This document shows positions 7,517 through 16,200 of a DNA stretch of 39,459 bases, one piece after another. The notes under the pieces are model-generated. The model saw nothing but the letters and a program-made list of their open reading frames with translations, did no database searches and was not told where the DNA came from. A program made the translations under genes and the position numbers. Location: positions 1 to 39,459 of IMG/VR virus record IMGVR_UViG_3300031953_000057. The stretch is one strand, 5' to 3'. This stretch comes from a virus (Duplodnaviria; Caudoviricetes). Positions within the stretch are counted from its first letter, which is position 1, and the number at the start of each line of letters is the position of its first letter.

Positions 7517-7811
7517 CGTTCTCTCCTGTCTCTGAATCGTTCGGCAGTGGCTCGCCATTCAGCGCAAACCATTTCGCCACTATCTGCTGATCTGTGCGAT
7601 CGCGTTCATGCCTGCTGCTCATCTTTCGGCGCAAACACCATGAGCAGGTTCGGTATCGGGAGAACGGTGTCGCCCCGAAAGCACGCACCACCTCGCTGCT
7701 TGGCATGTTCGTGGTAACAAGAACTACGTCGCCAACTTCGATGCGTCCGTCATGGGCGAACTGGTGATCGCAATAACCAGACTTGCGTGTCCGAACTAGC
7801 TTCTCACTCAT
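7509..7811 (-). CDS. Zn-binding hypothetical protein (MSEKLVRTRKSGYCD...)
   Basis: ATGA coupling; C/H pairs. Confidence 0.7.
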   Translation of the reverse strand: MSEKLVRTRKSGYCDHQFAHDGRIEVGDVVLVTTNMPSSEVVRAFGATPFSRYRTCSWCLRRKMSSRHERDRTDQQIVAKWFALNGEPLPNDSETGENDD

Positions 7812-8536
7812 GCGCTTTGGAACATTTCTAAATACTCCGGCTTCTTGCTCAAATCGGCAGTCCAGTTGCATAAACCACACAACACCATCGGCTCAGGGTC
7901 GAACGTTGACGGTGCCGCAGCGAACACTTCCTTCTTGCCGCAAATGGGGCACACACGTTTCTGTGCATCCCGCGGTTTACGTTCCTCGCTGCCATAACGA
8001 CGCGACAACTTCACAACACCTGGCGAATCTTCCCAACCCTCCCAAATGTCATCATGGAAGGTTGCGGCGGTAGGTGATGCGCTGATCTGGTCAATATGGC
8101 GTGCAAGCCATTTTGTGAGCTGTGCAGTCAACTCCATCGCCGGGATTAGCGCGAATGATCGCAACCCCTGGATCTCGTTATTGACCAAGTACCCACGAAT
8201 CGACGGTGCGGGAATAGCTAACTCCTCAGCAAACGCACCAACCCAAGACGCAACCTTCGCAAACAACGCATCAGCAGCATCCACCGCACCAACATTCAAC
8301 GGAACAGGCGCACCATCACCGCCACCCTGGACTCTCTCCGTGAGCTCAAAATTGGATGCGGGGATAACTTGCGACCGCATGTTGAGGATGAGTTCCGGGA
8401 TGGTTCTGAGTGCTTCCGTGATGCGTAGATAGCAGGCGTCGCAGAGCGTTCCGTGTGTTGCCAGTTTTGGGTGTGCGGGTTGGTCAGGTTTCTCCGGCCA
8501 CGCGCAGCCACGAGAACAATGGAGTTGATCAGTCAT
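7808..8536 (-). CDS. Zn-ribbon protein of the actinophage late-regulator-like family
   Basis: LCDAC N-terminus, P.P.N..A.DA, CPICG...CGLC; lacks the C-terminal HTH often seen in this family. Confidence 0.7.
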   Translation of the reverse strand: MTDQLHCSRGCAWPEKPDQPAHPKLATHGTLCDACYLRITEALRTIPELILNMRSQVIPASNFELTERVQGGGDGAPVPLNVGAVDAADALFAKVASWVGAFAEELAIPAPSIRGYLVNNEIQGLRSFALIPAMELTAQLTKWLARHIDQISASPTAATFHDDIWEGWEDSPGVVKLSRRYGSEERKPRDAQKRVCPICGKKEVFAAAPSTFDPEPMVLCGLCNWTADLSKKPEYLEMFQSA

Positions 8537-8747
8537 TGGCCTTCACCTCTCGAATCTTGTCGCAAACGCCAGTCCAATAACGTCCACGCCTCGGATCTCC
8601 CAGCACCGCAAATCCTTTACTGAATGCTTCGTCTTTCGTTGCGCCCGTAACGGTGATGACGTGCGCGAGATCCCAGCGGGTGTAGTAGTACCCCTCTGAG
8701 TCGGCTTCTGCTATGCGGAGATCGAACTCAAACATTGGCTGGCTCAT
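8529..8747 (-). CDS. hypothetical protein
   Basis: RBS and coupling. Confidence 0.7.
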   Translation of the reverse strand: MSQPMFEFDLRIAEADSEGYYYTRWDLAHVITVTGATKDEAFSKGFAVLGDPRRGRYWTGVCDKIREVKAND

Positions 8748-8869
8748 CGTTTCCCTTTCTGATCAAATGTTGTTGTCCCGCATCGTCGGCATTGGTATGC
8801 GGTTAGGCCACCAATGACGGGTACAGGGTCGCGGAAGTTATGCCAGAAGATGCGGCATAGGAGGGTCAT
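8744..8869 (-). CDS. 41-aa DUF1660-like protein (MTLLCRIFWHNF...YQCRRCG)
   Basis: Hand-translated; LCRIF.H...CRRCG pattern; coupled at both ends. Confidence 0.7.
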   Translation of the reverse strand: MTLLCRIFWHNFRDPVPVIGGLTAYQCRRCGTTTFDQKGKR

Positions 8870-9426
8870 TTCGAGTTCTCCCATTCGCCAAGAATCCGAC
8901 GTTGTGCCCACTCGCCTTCATCCAGCATCGGCATCGAATCAAATGTTGCGTTCGGCTGCACCCCGAATGACCTACGTCGGCGGTACTCGTATTCGGGTTC
9001 GGTCGGTGCGGTGACAGGTGGTCGGAAACTGGATTTCACGGCTGCTGCAAGTCGCGGGATGAGGTCAAGCATTTCGCCTCGATCCTCACCGCTGAAATTC
9101 TCCGCCTCGGAAAGTAGACGTACAAGGTCTTCCCCCTCGACTGACTCTGACCATTCATCGACCTCAGCCGCAAGTGACCTCAGCCGCTTCAGTTCGTCAA
9201 TGGCAGACGCGATGCTGTCCGCAGGAAAATGGAACTGCTGCTCTCGCATGAGCAACATCGCAGAAGCTAAACCTTGATATTCGTCGTCCTCGGTCGGTGC
9301 GGTGACAGACTCCAAAGCATCCGCCAACCTGTGCAGAACACCGAAGCTGCTCTCCATGCGGAACGCAGACAACCTTGCCGCCGTCCGCGCTTCCGCAATC
9401 AGGTCGGTGATAGAAACATCAGACAT
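8866..9426 (-). CDS. modular hypothetical protein (MSDVSITDLIAEAR...)
   Basis: Internal repeated RLA...VTAPTE motif. Confidence 0.7.
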   Translation of the reverse strand: MSDVSITDLIAEARTAARLSAFRMESSFGVLHRLADALESVTAPTEDDEYQGLASAMLLMREQQFHFPADSIASAIDELKRLRSLAAEVDEWSESVEGEDLVRLLSEAENFSGEDRGEMLDLIPRLAAAVKSSFRPPVTAPTEPEYEYRRRRSFGVQPNATFDSMPMLDEGEWAQRRILGEWENSK

Positions 9427-9538
9427 CCGCTCGACTCCATTCGTTATAGCGACCACACACCGAGCACTTCTCGAATGACCGAGGCTCATGGTCTATCTCG
9501 TTTCCACATCCATCACACTCATGGGTTCGGTATGACAT
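9419..9538 (-). CDS. 39-aa Zn-ribbon protein
   Basis: AGGAGG RBS; CDGC...CSVC. Confidence 0.65.
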   Translation of the reverse strand: MSYRTHECDGCGNEIDHEPRSFEKCSVCGRYNEWSRADV

Positions 9539-9548
9539 GTTCAGCCTC

Positions 9549-9986
9549 CTAGAAAGGTGTTTCGTCGGCGTAGTTGCCGGGCTTGTTCCACACGTCACCT
9601 GAGCTCGCAGAATCGACAGGTGCGGTTGTTCCCCACGGTTCCTCTGTTGTCGCGTTAGAGCGGCCATTGTTGCCCGATGAGGCCACAATCTCGACCCGAT
9701 CAGCCCACACGATTAAGTCGTAATACTTCTTACCCTCATGCTCACGAGTCTCAGTAACCTCACGACCCCACACCTGCACACGATCACCCTTACGAAACGT
9801 CGTCAGGTCAATGCCAGTCGAACGCGGAACCTTGATCGTTCTAAACGTGCGACCAACAGTTTCGTACTTGCCGTCATCGTTCTTACGCGAATGAGGTTCC
9901 GCAGTCTTCATGCCCCACGATGGGTGCTCATCCGTGTTCTTCGTCCACGCTTCAACGAACGCGGACTCAATTTCGATCTTTGCCAT
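9549..9986 (-). CDS. ssb: single-stranded DNA-binding protein
   Basis: OB-fold-like strands, KGDRVQVWG, acidic tail ending DETPF. Confidence 0.85.
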   Translation of the reverse strand: MAKIEIESAFVEAWTKNTDEHPSWGMKTAEPHSRKNDDGKYETVGRTFRTIKVPRSTGIDLTTFRKGDRVQVWGREVTETREHEGKKYYDLIVWADRVEIVASSGNNGRSNATTEEPWGTTAPVDSASSGDVWNKPGNYADETPF

Positions 9987-10155
9987 TAGTTGCTCTCCTT
10001 CATCGTTGTTACTTGTTCACTCAATTGCTTGTCCCGCACTGCCCACGCAATCTCCATCTGCCGCGCCGTGAACTCGAACGCCTTCACACGCGGCTTCGGA
10101 ACCTTTGTCGGGCCGGGTTTACGGGTACGGGTATGCGGGGCTCGCAGATGACCGT

Positions 10156-10575
10156 TCAAATGTCCCCCACCTCCTGCATGTGGAGCAGTTCGCGGCTTAC
10201 CTGTGTGGGCTTACCCGCCACACGCTCGATAGCGTCAGTCAGTTCTTGCACCGTGTGCAGGCGCGTGAACGGGGCATACTGAGCCGCTACCCCTCTCGGC
10301 CAATGGCTGCCTGCGGAAAACGCAACGTTCCCGGTCGGTGATTCTTTGTCGAAGAACTTCCAAATGTCTCCGAGCGAATCTCGCTGCGTTGTCCCCCACG
10401 GAACCTCAAAGTTGGGCGGGGATGTGCTGTCGGAAAACAGAAAGAACCGCTCGTAACCAAGCCCATTTCCGCCATCAGCCGCCGCCACGAATATCTCTGA
10501 AATGACGCTAGAAATAGCTAGCACCGTTTGCCCTTTGCGGATGTCCTCGACCTTGATCTCTTTTAAACTGTTCAT
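10156..10575 (-). CDS. hypothetical protein, paralog of 6933..7367
   Basis: Shared motifs; ATGA coupling. Confidence 0.8.
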   Translation of the reverse strand: MNSLKEIKVEDIRKGQTVLAISSVISEIFVAAADGGNGLGYERFFLFSDSTSPPNFEVPWGTTQRDSLGDIWKFFDKESPTGNVAFSAGSHWPRGVAAQYAPFTRLHTVQELTDAIERVAGKPTQVSRELLHMQEVGDI

Positions 10576-10769
10576 GCGACTCGTCTCCAAACTTGCAACT
10601 CAATCTCCATCTCATCCGCCCGAGCAATCTCTTCCTCCTGGCGAAAGAAACGATCAATCGCCTTCTCCGGCTTCGAGAACATTGGGCCCCGATCCTTGAA
10701 CACCTTGTTCGGTGTCATGCGCGACAGGAACTGACTGAACGCGTGATCAGACGGCAGAAGATCCATCAC
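10572..10769 (-). CDS. hypothetical protein
   Basis: Coupled ORF. Confidence 0.65.
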   Translation of the reverse strand: MMDLLPSDHAFSQFLSRMTPNKVFKDRGPMFSKPEKAIDRFFRQEEEIARADEMEIELQVWRRVA

Positions 10770-10975
10770 AGTTGCACCCCCCGCCCCAGAAGCAGCTTCC
10801 GTGCACGATCAACCTCGCCCAATGCGCTACACCGCAACGAGTCACGCTCCTGACGCAATGACAGGTAATTTCCCCAGCCCTTCTCCTGACCGCGCCAATA
10901 ACGGCGCAGCAGCCGAAAATAGGTTCGCTTCAACTTCCTCGTGGACATATCGCCCATACCCAATGACTTGCTCAT
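10766..10975 (-). CDS. hypothetical protein
   Basis: Coupled ORF; AAGGAGGG RBS. Confidence 0.65.
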   Translation of the reverse strand: MSKSLGMGDMSTRKLKRTYFRLLRRYWRGQEKGWGNYLSLRQERDSLRCSALGEVDRARKLLLGRGVQL

Positions 10976-11322
10976 TGCTTCCCCTCCTTGGCTGCACGGT
11001 GCGCCTCTATCGCAGCCCGTGTCTCAGCCTCAAATTTTGCTCGGTCCAACGTGATCGGTGATGCTGTGATCGCCGGCCGCTGTTTACGCTGCTCACGCTC
11101 ACGAGCCTCCTTCGCACGTTTAGCACCGATGCGGATATGGGCAGGCATCAGATAGTCCGTGGACTCGCGACGATGCAAAACGACCGCAGCAATCGCATCC
11201 GAATACTCAAGATCACCAATCGCGTCATGCCACTCATTCAGCACAAAACCCGCGTTATCCACCTGCCGGTTATCGCCCAACTTGATCTTCGCCAACACCG
11301 CGGCGGTTTCGTCAAACCTCAT
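10972..11322 (-). CDS. helicase loader/inhibitor-like protein (G39P-like)
   Basis: E...VLAKI...DNR...W...IGDL.Y.DA..AV..H...ST..LMPAHI; follows the initiator. Confidence 0.7.
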   Translation of the reverse strand: MRFDETAAVLAKIKLGDNRQVDNAGFVLNEWHDAIGDLEYSDAIAAVVLHRRESTDYLMPAHIRIGAKRAKEAREREQRKQRPAITASPITLDRAKFEAETRAAIEAHRAAKEGKQ

Positions 11323-12083
11323 TGCCCGATCGCCTTCCTGTCATGTTCTTCCTGCATCCGTCTGCCCTGCTCGAGGACGTCGATGATCTGCTCAGACTTC
11401 GACCGCTGCACTGGCGACTTCTCGGCGCGCTCTTGATCGTTCAGCAACCAGTTCTTCCAAGTGCGAACCCAGTCGATCTTTGTTGCGTCCTTGCCCGACT
11501 TCGCCATGAAGTGATTGATGAACTTCTCGGTGGCTCGTTTGCCATCAACGAGTGGTGCTTTCTCCTTGGCCCAAGAAACCATTTCTGGGGTGACCTCGAA
11601 GCTCTCTTTGATGCGGGTAGCGCGTTTACGCGCCCCCACCTCTTTAGAGGTGGTTGTCTCTGTCTCTGTCTCTGTCTCTGTCTCTGAGCTATCGTTTGCC
11701 ATACCTTTGCCATCGGTTTGCCATCGCTTTGCTGCACCTTTGCTACCCGCTTGCGATCGAGAAGCTGATACTTTCGCCCTTTTTTGCACAATGTCAGCCT
11801 TCAGGGGGTGATGATTCTCGAAGTCGTGGATCTGCCAACCGCCCTCAACCCGAACCCAACTGGGTCTTTCCGGGTCGTTTCCGGCCAGCTCCTCAGCCGC
11901 CTCCAACCCCCACCGCTTGAGTACGATGCGTTCGTCTAGGAACCCATCTGAGAGCATTCGGCGGGAGTAAAACGTGGACTCGAATAGGGCCCGAAATGCT
12001 GCATCGGATAGTGGAGCAATTTTGGGGTGCTCGTCCATCTCGATCGAGAACGGGGCAAAGAGTCTGTCGTCAATCATTGCCAT
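11319..12083 (-). CDS. replication initiator protein
   Basis: HPKIAPLSDAAFR...SDGF, WQIHDF..H, ETETET linker, KF.NHF...DW..TW.NWL C-terminal domain; internal iterons. Confidence 0.8.
   Translation of the reverse strand: MAMIDDRLFAPFSIEMDEHPKIAPLSDAAFRALFESTFYSRRMLSDGFLDERIVLKRWGLEAAEELAGNDPERPSWVRVEGGWQIHDFENHHPLKADIVQKRAKVSASRSQAGSKGAAKRWQTDGKGMANDSSETETETETETTTSKEVGARKRATRIKESFEVTPEMVSWAKEKAPLVDGKRATEKFINHFMAKSGKDATKIDWVRTWKNWLLNDQERAEKSPVQRSKSEQIIDVLEQGRRMQEEHDRKAIGQ
11655..11757. repeat. putative replication origin: six 11-bp-period iterons plus (TGTCTC)x5
   Basis: TTTGCCAT-like units at 11695, 11706, 11717, 11728, 11739, 11750; TGTCTC x5 at 11655-11684. Confidence 0.7.
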
Positions 12084-12132
12084 CAGTAAAACCTCCCTTC
12101 ACCTGTTGTTGTCGTGTGGGTGTCAGTTGCAG

Positions 12133-12774
12133 TCATGGGTGCACCCTTGAATTTGCGTCGAATACTGCTCTCGCAAAACCCATCGGTGTAGCTGACCGGA
12201 AGTTGGCACGCTCTGGCCCAGGTGCAGCCATATGGATGCGGTTATCTGGTTCGCCCAACGTGGTGTCGATCTGTCTTGCCGGCATTATGAATCCGCCCCC
12301 CGCCCACAGGTTTGTGCGCTTGGTGTAGTTGTCGGATGGTTCCAGCGCGGTGTAGTGCCACGGGTGGAACCAGTGAGTTGGTTTTCCGAATACCTGCGCC
12401 AAAGTGGAAACAGGGTTCTCGACAAACCACGGAGCGCCTGAGAGCATCCCCACTGTTCGGCACTGTTCAGCAACGTCAATTGCCTTACCGAAGAACGCGG
12501 GGTCGGCTAGTCGCTTTGACTCAAACCAGCGAGCCCCACTCACGGCCATGTCGGTGCATGGCGGGAACCCGAATACCGCGGCAACTTCACCCGATCGGAT
12601 AACTTCGCTGAGCTCTGGCATGGCTTCCAGTACGGTGCGGGCTAGTCGCGTGATTCGTCCATCTGTGTTGTCCATGCCGTGCTGCGGATCAACCAAGATC
12701 ACGTCATGGCCGGCGTCTGCCCAGGGTTGCGCCATGTTGCCGGTTAGGTCGCACAGGCTTATGACGACACTCAC
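12133..12774 (-). CDS. DNA cytosine methyltransferase (phage Dcm-like)
   Basis: ISLCDLTG, catalytic FPPCT, ENPV, YTKRT.LW motifs. Confidence 0.8.
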   Translation of the reverse strand: MSVVISLCDLTGNMAQPWADAGHDVILVDPQHGMDNTDGRITRLARTVLEAMPELSEVIRSGEVAAVFGFPPCTDMAVSGARWFESKRLADPAFFGKAIDVAEQCRTVGMLSGAPWFVENPVSTLAQVFGKPTHWFHPWHYTALEPSDNYTKRTNLWAGGGFIMPARQIDTTLGEPDNRIHMAAPGPERANFRSATPMGFARAVFDANSRVHP

Positions 12775-13325
12775 TGCTTAGCTTTCACGTCTGCATGTTT
12801 GTCATACATTTTTTGGATGATGTCTTGTGCAACGTGTGCACCTTTTGCTGCGGCGCCTAGTGCCTCAATGTCTGCGAGTGTGTTGGCGTTGTCGAGTTCG
12901 GTTAGCCAGTCACGCCCGGTTGTGTCCGTGGGGGCTACAGGTGCGGCGGTAAGGGGCTGAACGGTGTACGGCTTCTTGGTGCCGCGCGAGACCGTAATGA
13001 GCGGCGACATGGGCTTGTCGATGTGTGACATTGAGCGCACCCGAATACCGCCCACGACATCGCGGCCGATCTTCACGCGGGGGTCTTGGAACAGTTCAAC
13101 TTTGCGCCCAGACCATACGGCCGCATCGTCACCCCAGACACGCATCAGCAGCTCGAGCATCCCATTGGAGGGGCGCCAGCATTTGCCGTCGCCGTCTGAG
13201 AATTGGATGTCGTAGGGGGCTTGTTCTTTGCCCTTGGTTACGTTGGCGATTGTGAAGACGCGCGATCCCATCGCGAAGTCCTCGTTGTTCCATTGGTCGG
13301 TTTTGCGGACGATTTGAATTCTCAT
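12771..13325 (-). CDS. putative recombination/ssDNA-annealing partner of the exonuclease
   Basis: WRPS..M..LL..VWG.D...W.GR.V.LF.DP.V..G...VGGIR...MSHI family motif; function inferred from position. Confidence 0.6.
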   Translation of the reverse strand: MRIQIVRKTDQWNNEDFAMGSRVFTIANVTKGKEQAPYDIQFSDGDGKCWRPSNGMLELLMRVWGDDAAVWSGRKVELFQDPRVKIGRDVVGGIRVRSMSHIDKPMSPLITVSRGTKKPYTVQPLTAAPVAPTDTTGRDWLTELDNANTLADIEALGAAAKGAHVAQDIIQKMYDKHADVKAKQ

Positions 13326-14167
13326 AGTTTCAGCTCGATTTCTTCTTCGTTCTGGTACACCAACCACATGGGCGGTTCCAGCGGTGGCATGTTTTGCGGG
13401 TAGCCCGGCCAAAGATCGGCGTCGGTGCATGTGCGGTACGTGTCGAGTGCCCGATGAACTTCATGTCGGGCGATCTGTGCGTAACCTTCGGAGAGCTCGT
13501 GAACTGCCACCAGATAGGGGGCGGCGGTTTCGAGGATGATGAACTTCATGCGCATCGTGTAGTCGCCCGTTTCGAGCCCGTATGCGTGTAGGTACCATTC
13601 CTGTTGGATGTGGTATCCGAACTCTGCGACGGTGCGTGTGAATTGGTCGGCTGATGCTGATTTGCGTGATGTTTTGAGGTCTACCGCAATGGGGTCGTTT
13701 TGTGTGAAGTTGGGCAGGAAGTCGAACCTGGCGCGCATGTCAACGCCCGTGTCCATGTCTTTCGTGATGACGGTTGCTTCACTGTTGCCTGCTTGCTCGA
13801 GCAGTTCTCGTGCTTCACGGTTTGCAAGGATCGATTCGACCATTGCGTCTACTGCGGCGATCTCGTTGGGCGTGACGGGTGTGAGGCCGGCGTCGCGTTG
13901 TTCGGCAGCCCAAGCGATGGTTTCCTTCTTGGTGGATACCTTGTCGCTGGGTGTTAGATGCTCGGGCGGGTATGCAACGAGTCCCGAGCCGACACCTAAC
14001 ACTTTGGTGTGTGCTGCGGTTCCGAGGTCGTATGCGGCTTTCGGTGCCTGCTTATGTGTTTGTGCATAGGCGAATTTGGCGGGTGAGTCGAGCAGCAATC
14101 TTGCGCCCGTTGATGAGAGCTCGGATCGTGCGTGGTATTCGGTATCCGGCATGTCATGGATGATCAT
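13322..14167 (-). CDS. RecE/ExoVIII-like PD-(D/E)XK exonuclease
   Basis: YHA...LSST, GTAAH..VL, RARFD, VDLKT, YHIQ..WY, WPGY. Confidence 0.9.
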   Translation of the reverse strand: MIIHDMPDTEYHARSELSSTGARLLLDSPAKFAYAQTHKQAPKAAYDLGTAAHTKVLGVGSGLVAYPPEHLTPSDKVSTKKETIAWAAEQRDAGLTPVTPNEIAAVDAMVESILANREARELLEQAGNSEATVITKDMDTGVDMRARFDFLPNFTQNDPIAVDLKTSRKSASADQFTRTVAEFGYHIQQEWYLHAYGLETGDYTMRMKFIILETAAPYLVAVHELSEGYAQIARHEVHRALDTYRTCTDADLWPGYPQNMPPLEPPMWLVYQNEEEIELKL

Positions 14168-14475
14168 GCGTCAAGCCCTCTTTCTGCTTTTAGGTAGACT
14201 TCCCACGCCGTGGCGTTGATGTTCCGCAACCCTCGTGCGGCGTCGTCTGTGGCTTCCCTTAGTTCTTGTGCGGCGTCTTGCCACCCGCTCTTGTAGGCCT
14301 TCTTGATTCGCTGTTGCATGGCTGGGGTGTCGCCCTCGCCGATACGTTCCGATTCGAGTTCGGCTATGCGTTGGTTGCGTTTCGTCAACGACACCTGCAA
14401 CCCCTCGATATGGATGAGGAGTGCTTCACGTTTGCGCATATCAGGTACACGCGGATCTTGGTCAGTCATGTCCAA
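14164..14475 (-). CDS. coiled-coil hypothetical protein
   Basis: ORF in operon. Confidence 0.65.
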   Translation of the reverse strand: MDMTDQDPRVPDMRKREALLIHIEGLQVSLTKRNQRIAELESERIGEGDTPAMQQRIKKAYKSGWQDAAQELREATDDAARGLRNINATAWEVYLKAERGLDA

Positions 14476-14869
14476 CTTCTTTCGCTTGCACTACGACAGG
14501 CTCAAACGGTGCCCCACCCTCTAACAGGCGGGCGAACGTTTCGAGGGTCATAGTGATGTACTGGTCGGCACCTTTTGCGTTGCCGTGGAATTTGTGTGCG
14601 ACGACACCAATTGCTGCATCGTCGTTTCCGCGTTCGGCTTCGGCTTCTCGAATCCATGCGGGGAGGTTGTCGCGTTTGGTGTTCTTTGCTTCGATTACGA
14701 CACGGCCACCACGGATGGTTCGCACACCGCCAATATCGCCGCGATCTTTGCTGCCCGACTTCACGCGCCGGTCAATGCGGTCATCGTCTAGGCGGTCGCG
14801 CAGGAAGTCTGCAACCAATCGCTCGAATGATGATCCGGCTTGTTTTGCTGATGCTCTACTTCGAGTCAT
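14462..14869 (-). CDS. Holliday junction resolvase (PD-(D/E)XK, actinophage type)
   Basis: AKQAGSSFER.VA, DRGDIGGV, VIEAKN, W..EAE.ER.ND. Confidence 0.85.
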   Translation of the reverse strand: MTRSRASAKQAGSSFERLVADFLRDRLDDDRIDRRVKSGSKDRGDIGGVRTIRGGRVVIEAKNTKRDNLPAWIREAEAERGNDDAAIGVVAHKFHGNAKGADQYITMTLETFARLLEGGAPFEPVVVQAKEVGHD

Positions 14870-14966
14870 GCTGTTCCTCCGTGGGGAAAGCGAAGGACGG
14901 CTTCAAATGGTGTGAAGCCGTCCTGGGTTTGATGTTGTGTCTGCTGTTCGCAACAGGGGAAATCAG

Positions 14967-15041
14967 TCATCGTCGGAATAGGTCAATCAAGACCAATGTC
15001 CAGATAGCACCGATGACGACTCCGATAACTAGTTCGCTCAT
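14967..15041 (-). CDS. 24-aa membrane peptide (MSELVIGVVIGAIWTLVLIDLFRR)
   Basis: Hand-translated; ATGA coupling at both ends. Confidence 0.55.
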   Translation of the reverse strand: MSELVIGVVIGAIWTLVLIDLFRR

Positions 15042-15313
15042 AGCCCTAACCCTTCGATGATCTGGTTGGATGCGTCATCGCACCGTTTCCGTGTCTGCTG
15101 CGATGGGACAATCCCGTGCACCTCTTGTTCGACCACTAGTGCGTAGTAGGCGATGAGGTTGGCGACTCTCTGCTGTTCAGTGAGTGCTTGTGTGGCGATG
15201 ACCTGTGCGACGAGTGGTGAGGCGATCATGGTCGCGTCTGTCATTCCTTCAACGGCAACCCAGTCCTCCATTCCGCCGATCCAGTTGTCAATTTCTTTCT
15301 TGTAATCGATCAT
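15038..15313 (-). CDS. hypothetical protein (MIDYKKE...ALTEQQRVANLIA)
   Basis: ATGA coupling. Confidence 0.7.
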   Translation of the reverse strand: MIDYKKEIDNWIGGMEDWVAVEGMTDATMIASPLVAQVIATQALTEQQRVANLIAYYALVVEQEVHGIVPSQQTRKRCDDASNQIIEGLGL

Positions 15314-15639
15314 CGTTCTGTCTCCGTTATCTGTCCGCGTTCTCGTGTGTCGAGGCGCCAAAGGATTGCTTTGTGGTCGTTCCGTTTTCGGAACTTCTGT
15401 GGGGTTTCGTGGTCATCCATCTGCAGCCAGTAGTCAGATTCTGTTTCGCTGAGGAAGGTGCCCGGATGTGCGACTTCACGGTCAGGGTCATATGAGGACA
15501 TGCGCCACACGGTCACCTTTTCGCCCTGAACTGGGATCCACGTTTCGCGCCGGTTCTTGTAACGTCGCGGCTCGAACGTGGCATCTTCAGGGCGTGCTGC
15601 GAGAACCTTGCGAAAATGCTCGATCATGTCGTTAGTCAT
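15310..15639 (-). CDS. hypothetical protein (MTNDMIEH...)
   Basis: GGAGG RBS before ATG 15639. Confidence 0.7.
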   Translation of the reverse strand: MTNDMIEHFRKVLAARPEDATFEPRRYKNRRETWIPVQGEKVTVWRMSSYDPDREVAHPGTFLSETESDYWLQMDDHETPQKFRKRNDHKAILWRLDTRERGQITETER

Positions 15640-15886
15640 CGTCTTCCTCCGGGCTGCACTGTTTGCAGTTCTTCTCGTGATCGGCCCAACCTTTGGGGTC
15701 GTGGTAGTGGCGGTCTGGGTCGTGCTCGTCCCAGAGATGTCGAGGGTTGATCTTCGAGTTGTCGCGGTTGTCGCAGCAGATGTGCACACCCATCGGAGAC
15801 GAGCGCCCCCACGGATCCATTCGGTTGCCGTGGTCTGGGCAATCAATGGGTGTCCAACATTTCGGGCCGCAAACGAACCCACTCAT
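15632..15886 (-). CDS. Cys/His-rich hypothetical protein (MSGFVCGPKC...)
   Basis: ATGA coupling. Confidence 0.7.
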   Translation of the reverse strand: MSGFVCGPKCWTPIDCPDHGNRMDPWGRSSPMGVHICCDNRDNSKINPRHLWDEHDPDRHYHDPKGWADHEKNCKQCSPEEDDD

Positions 15887-15996
15887 CGCGTTACCTTCTT
15901 CTCTCGTCGCAACCCAACCCATGCCGCCAACGACGGGATGCCGATGATGAGGGCGAACACGATCACACCGGGTAAGGCGATCTCCATGGGGGTCAT
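15883..15996 (-). CDS. 37-aa membrane peptide (MTPMEIALPGVIVFALIIGIPSLAAWVGLRREKK...)
   Basis: Hand-translated; hydrophobic helix plus basic tail; coupled. Confidence 0.6.
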   Translation of the reverse strand: MTPMEIALPGVIVFALIIGIPSLAAWVGLRREKKVTR

Positions 15997-16103
15997 GCGT
16001 CCACCTCGACCCACTGCGACGTTGCTGGGTCGCTGCGTCTTACTCGTGGGCTGTCATCACCAAACGTCGAATGAATCGGCGGGGTTAGGGTTGTTGCGCT
16101 CAT
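15993..16103 (-). CDS. 36-aa ORF, possibly an internally deleted 'R.SDP.TS' family gene
   Basis: AAGGA RBS; RVRRSDPATS followed directly by WVEV and stop. Confidence 0.5.
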   Translation of the reverse strand: MSATTLTPPIHSTFGDDSPRVRRSDPATSQWVEVDA

Positions 16104-16200
16104 GTTCATTCCTTCTGTTATGCGTACGTGGATAGGTGTGTAAGTGGGACGCCGGGTTCTACGCCCGGACAACCGATTGCAGGCTCGCCCCTAGGTGGTG

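Noticed and set aside
9986-10150. Open frame ending ...TTMKESN upstream of ssb
   Set aside because: No start codon with an RBS at its 5' end; probably a gene remnant
6933-10575. Possible DGR template/variable repeat pair
   Set aside because: No reverse transcriptase in the window; differences are not adenine-specific
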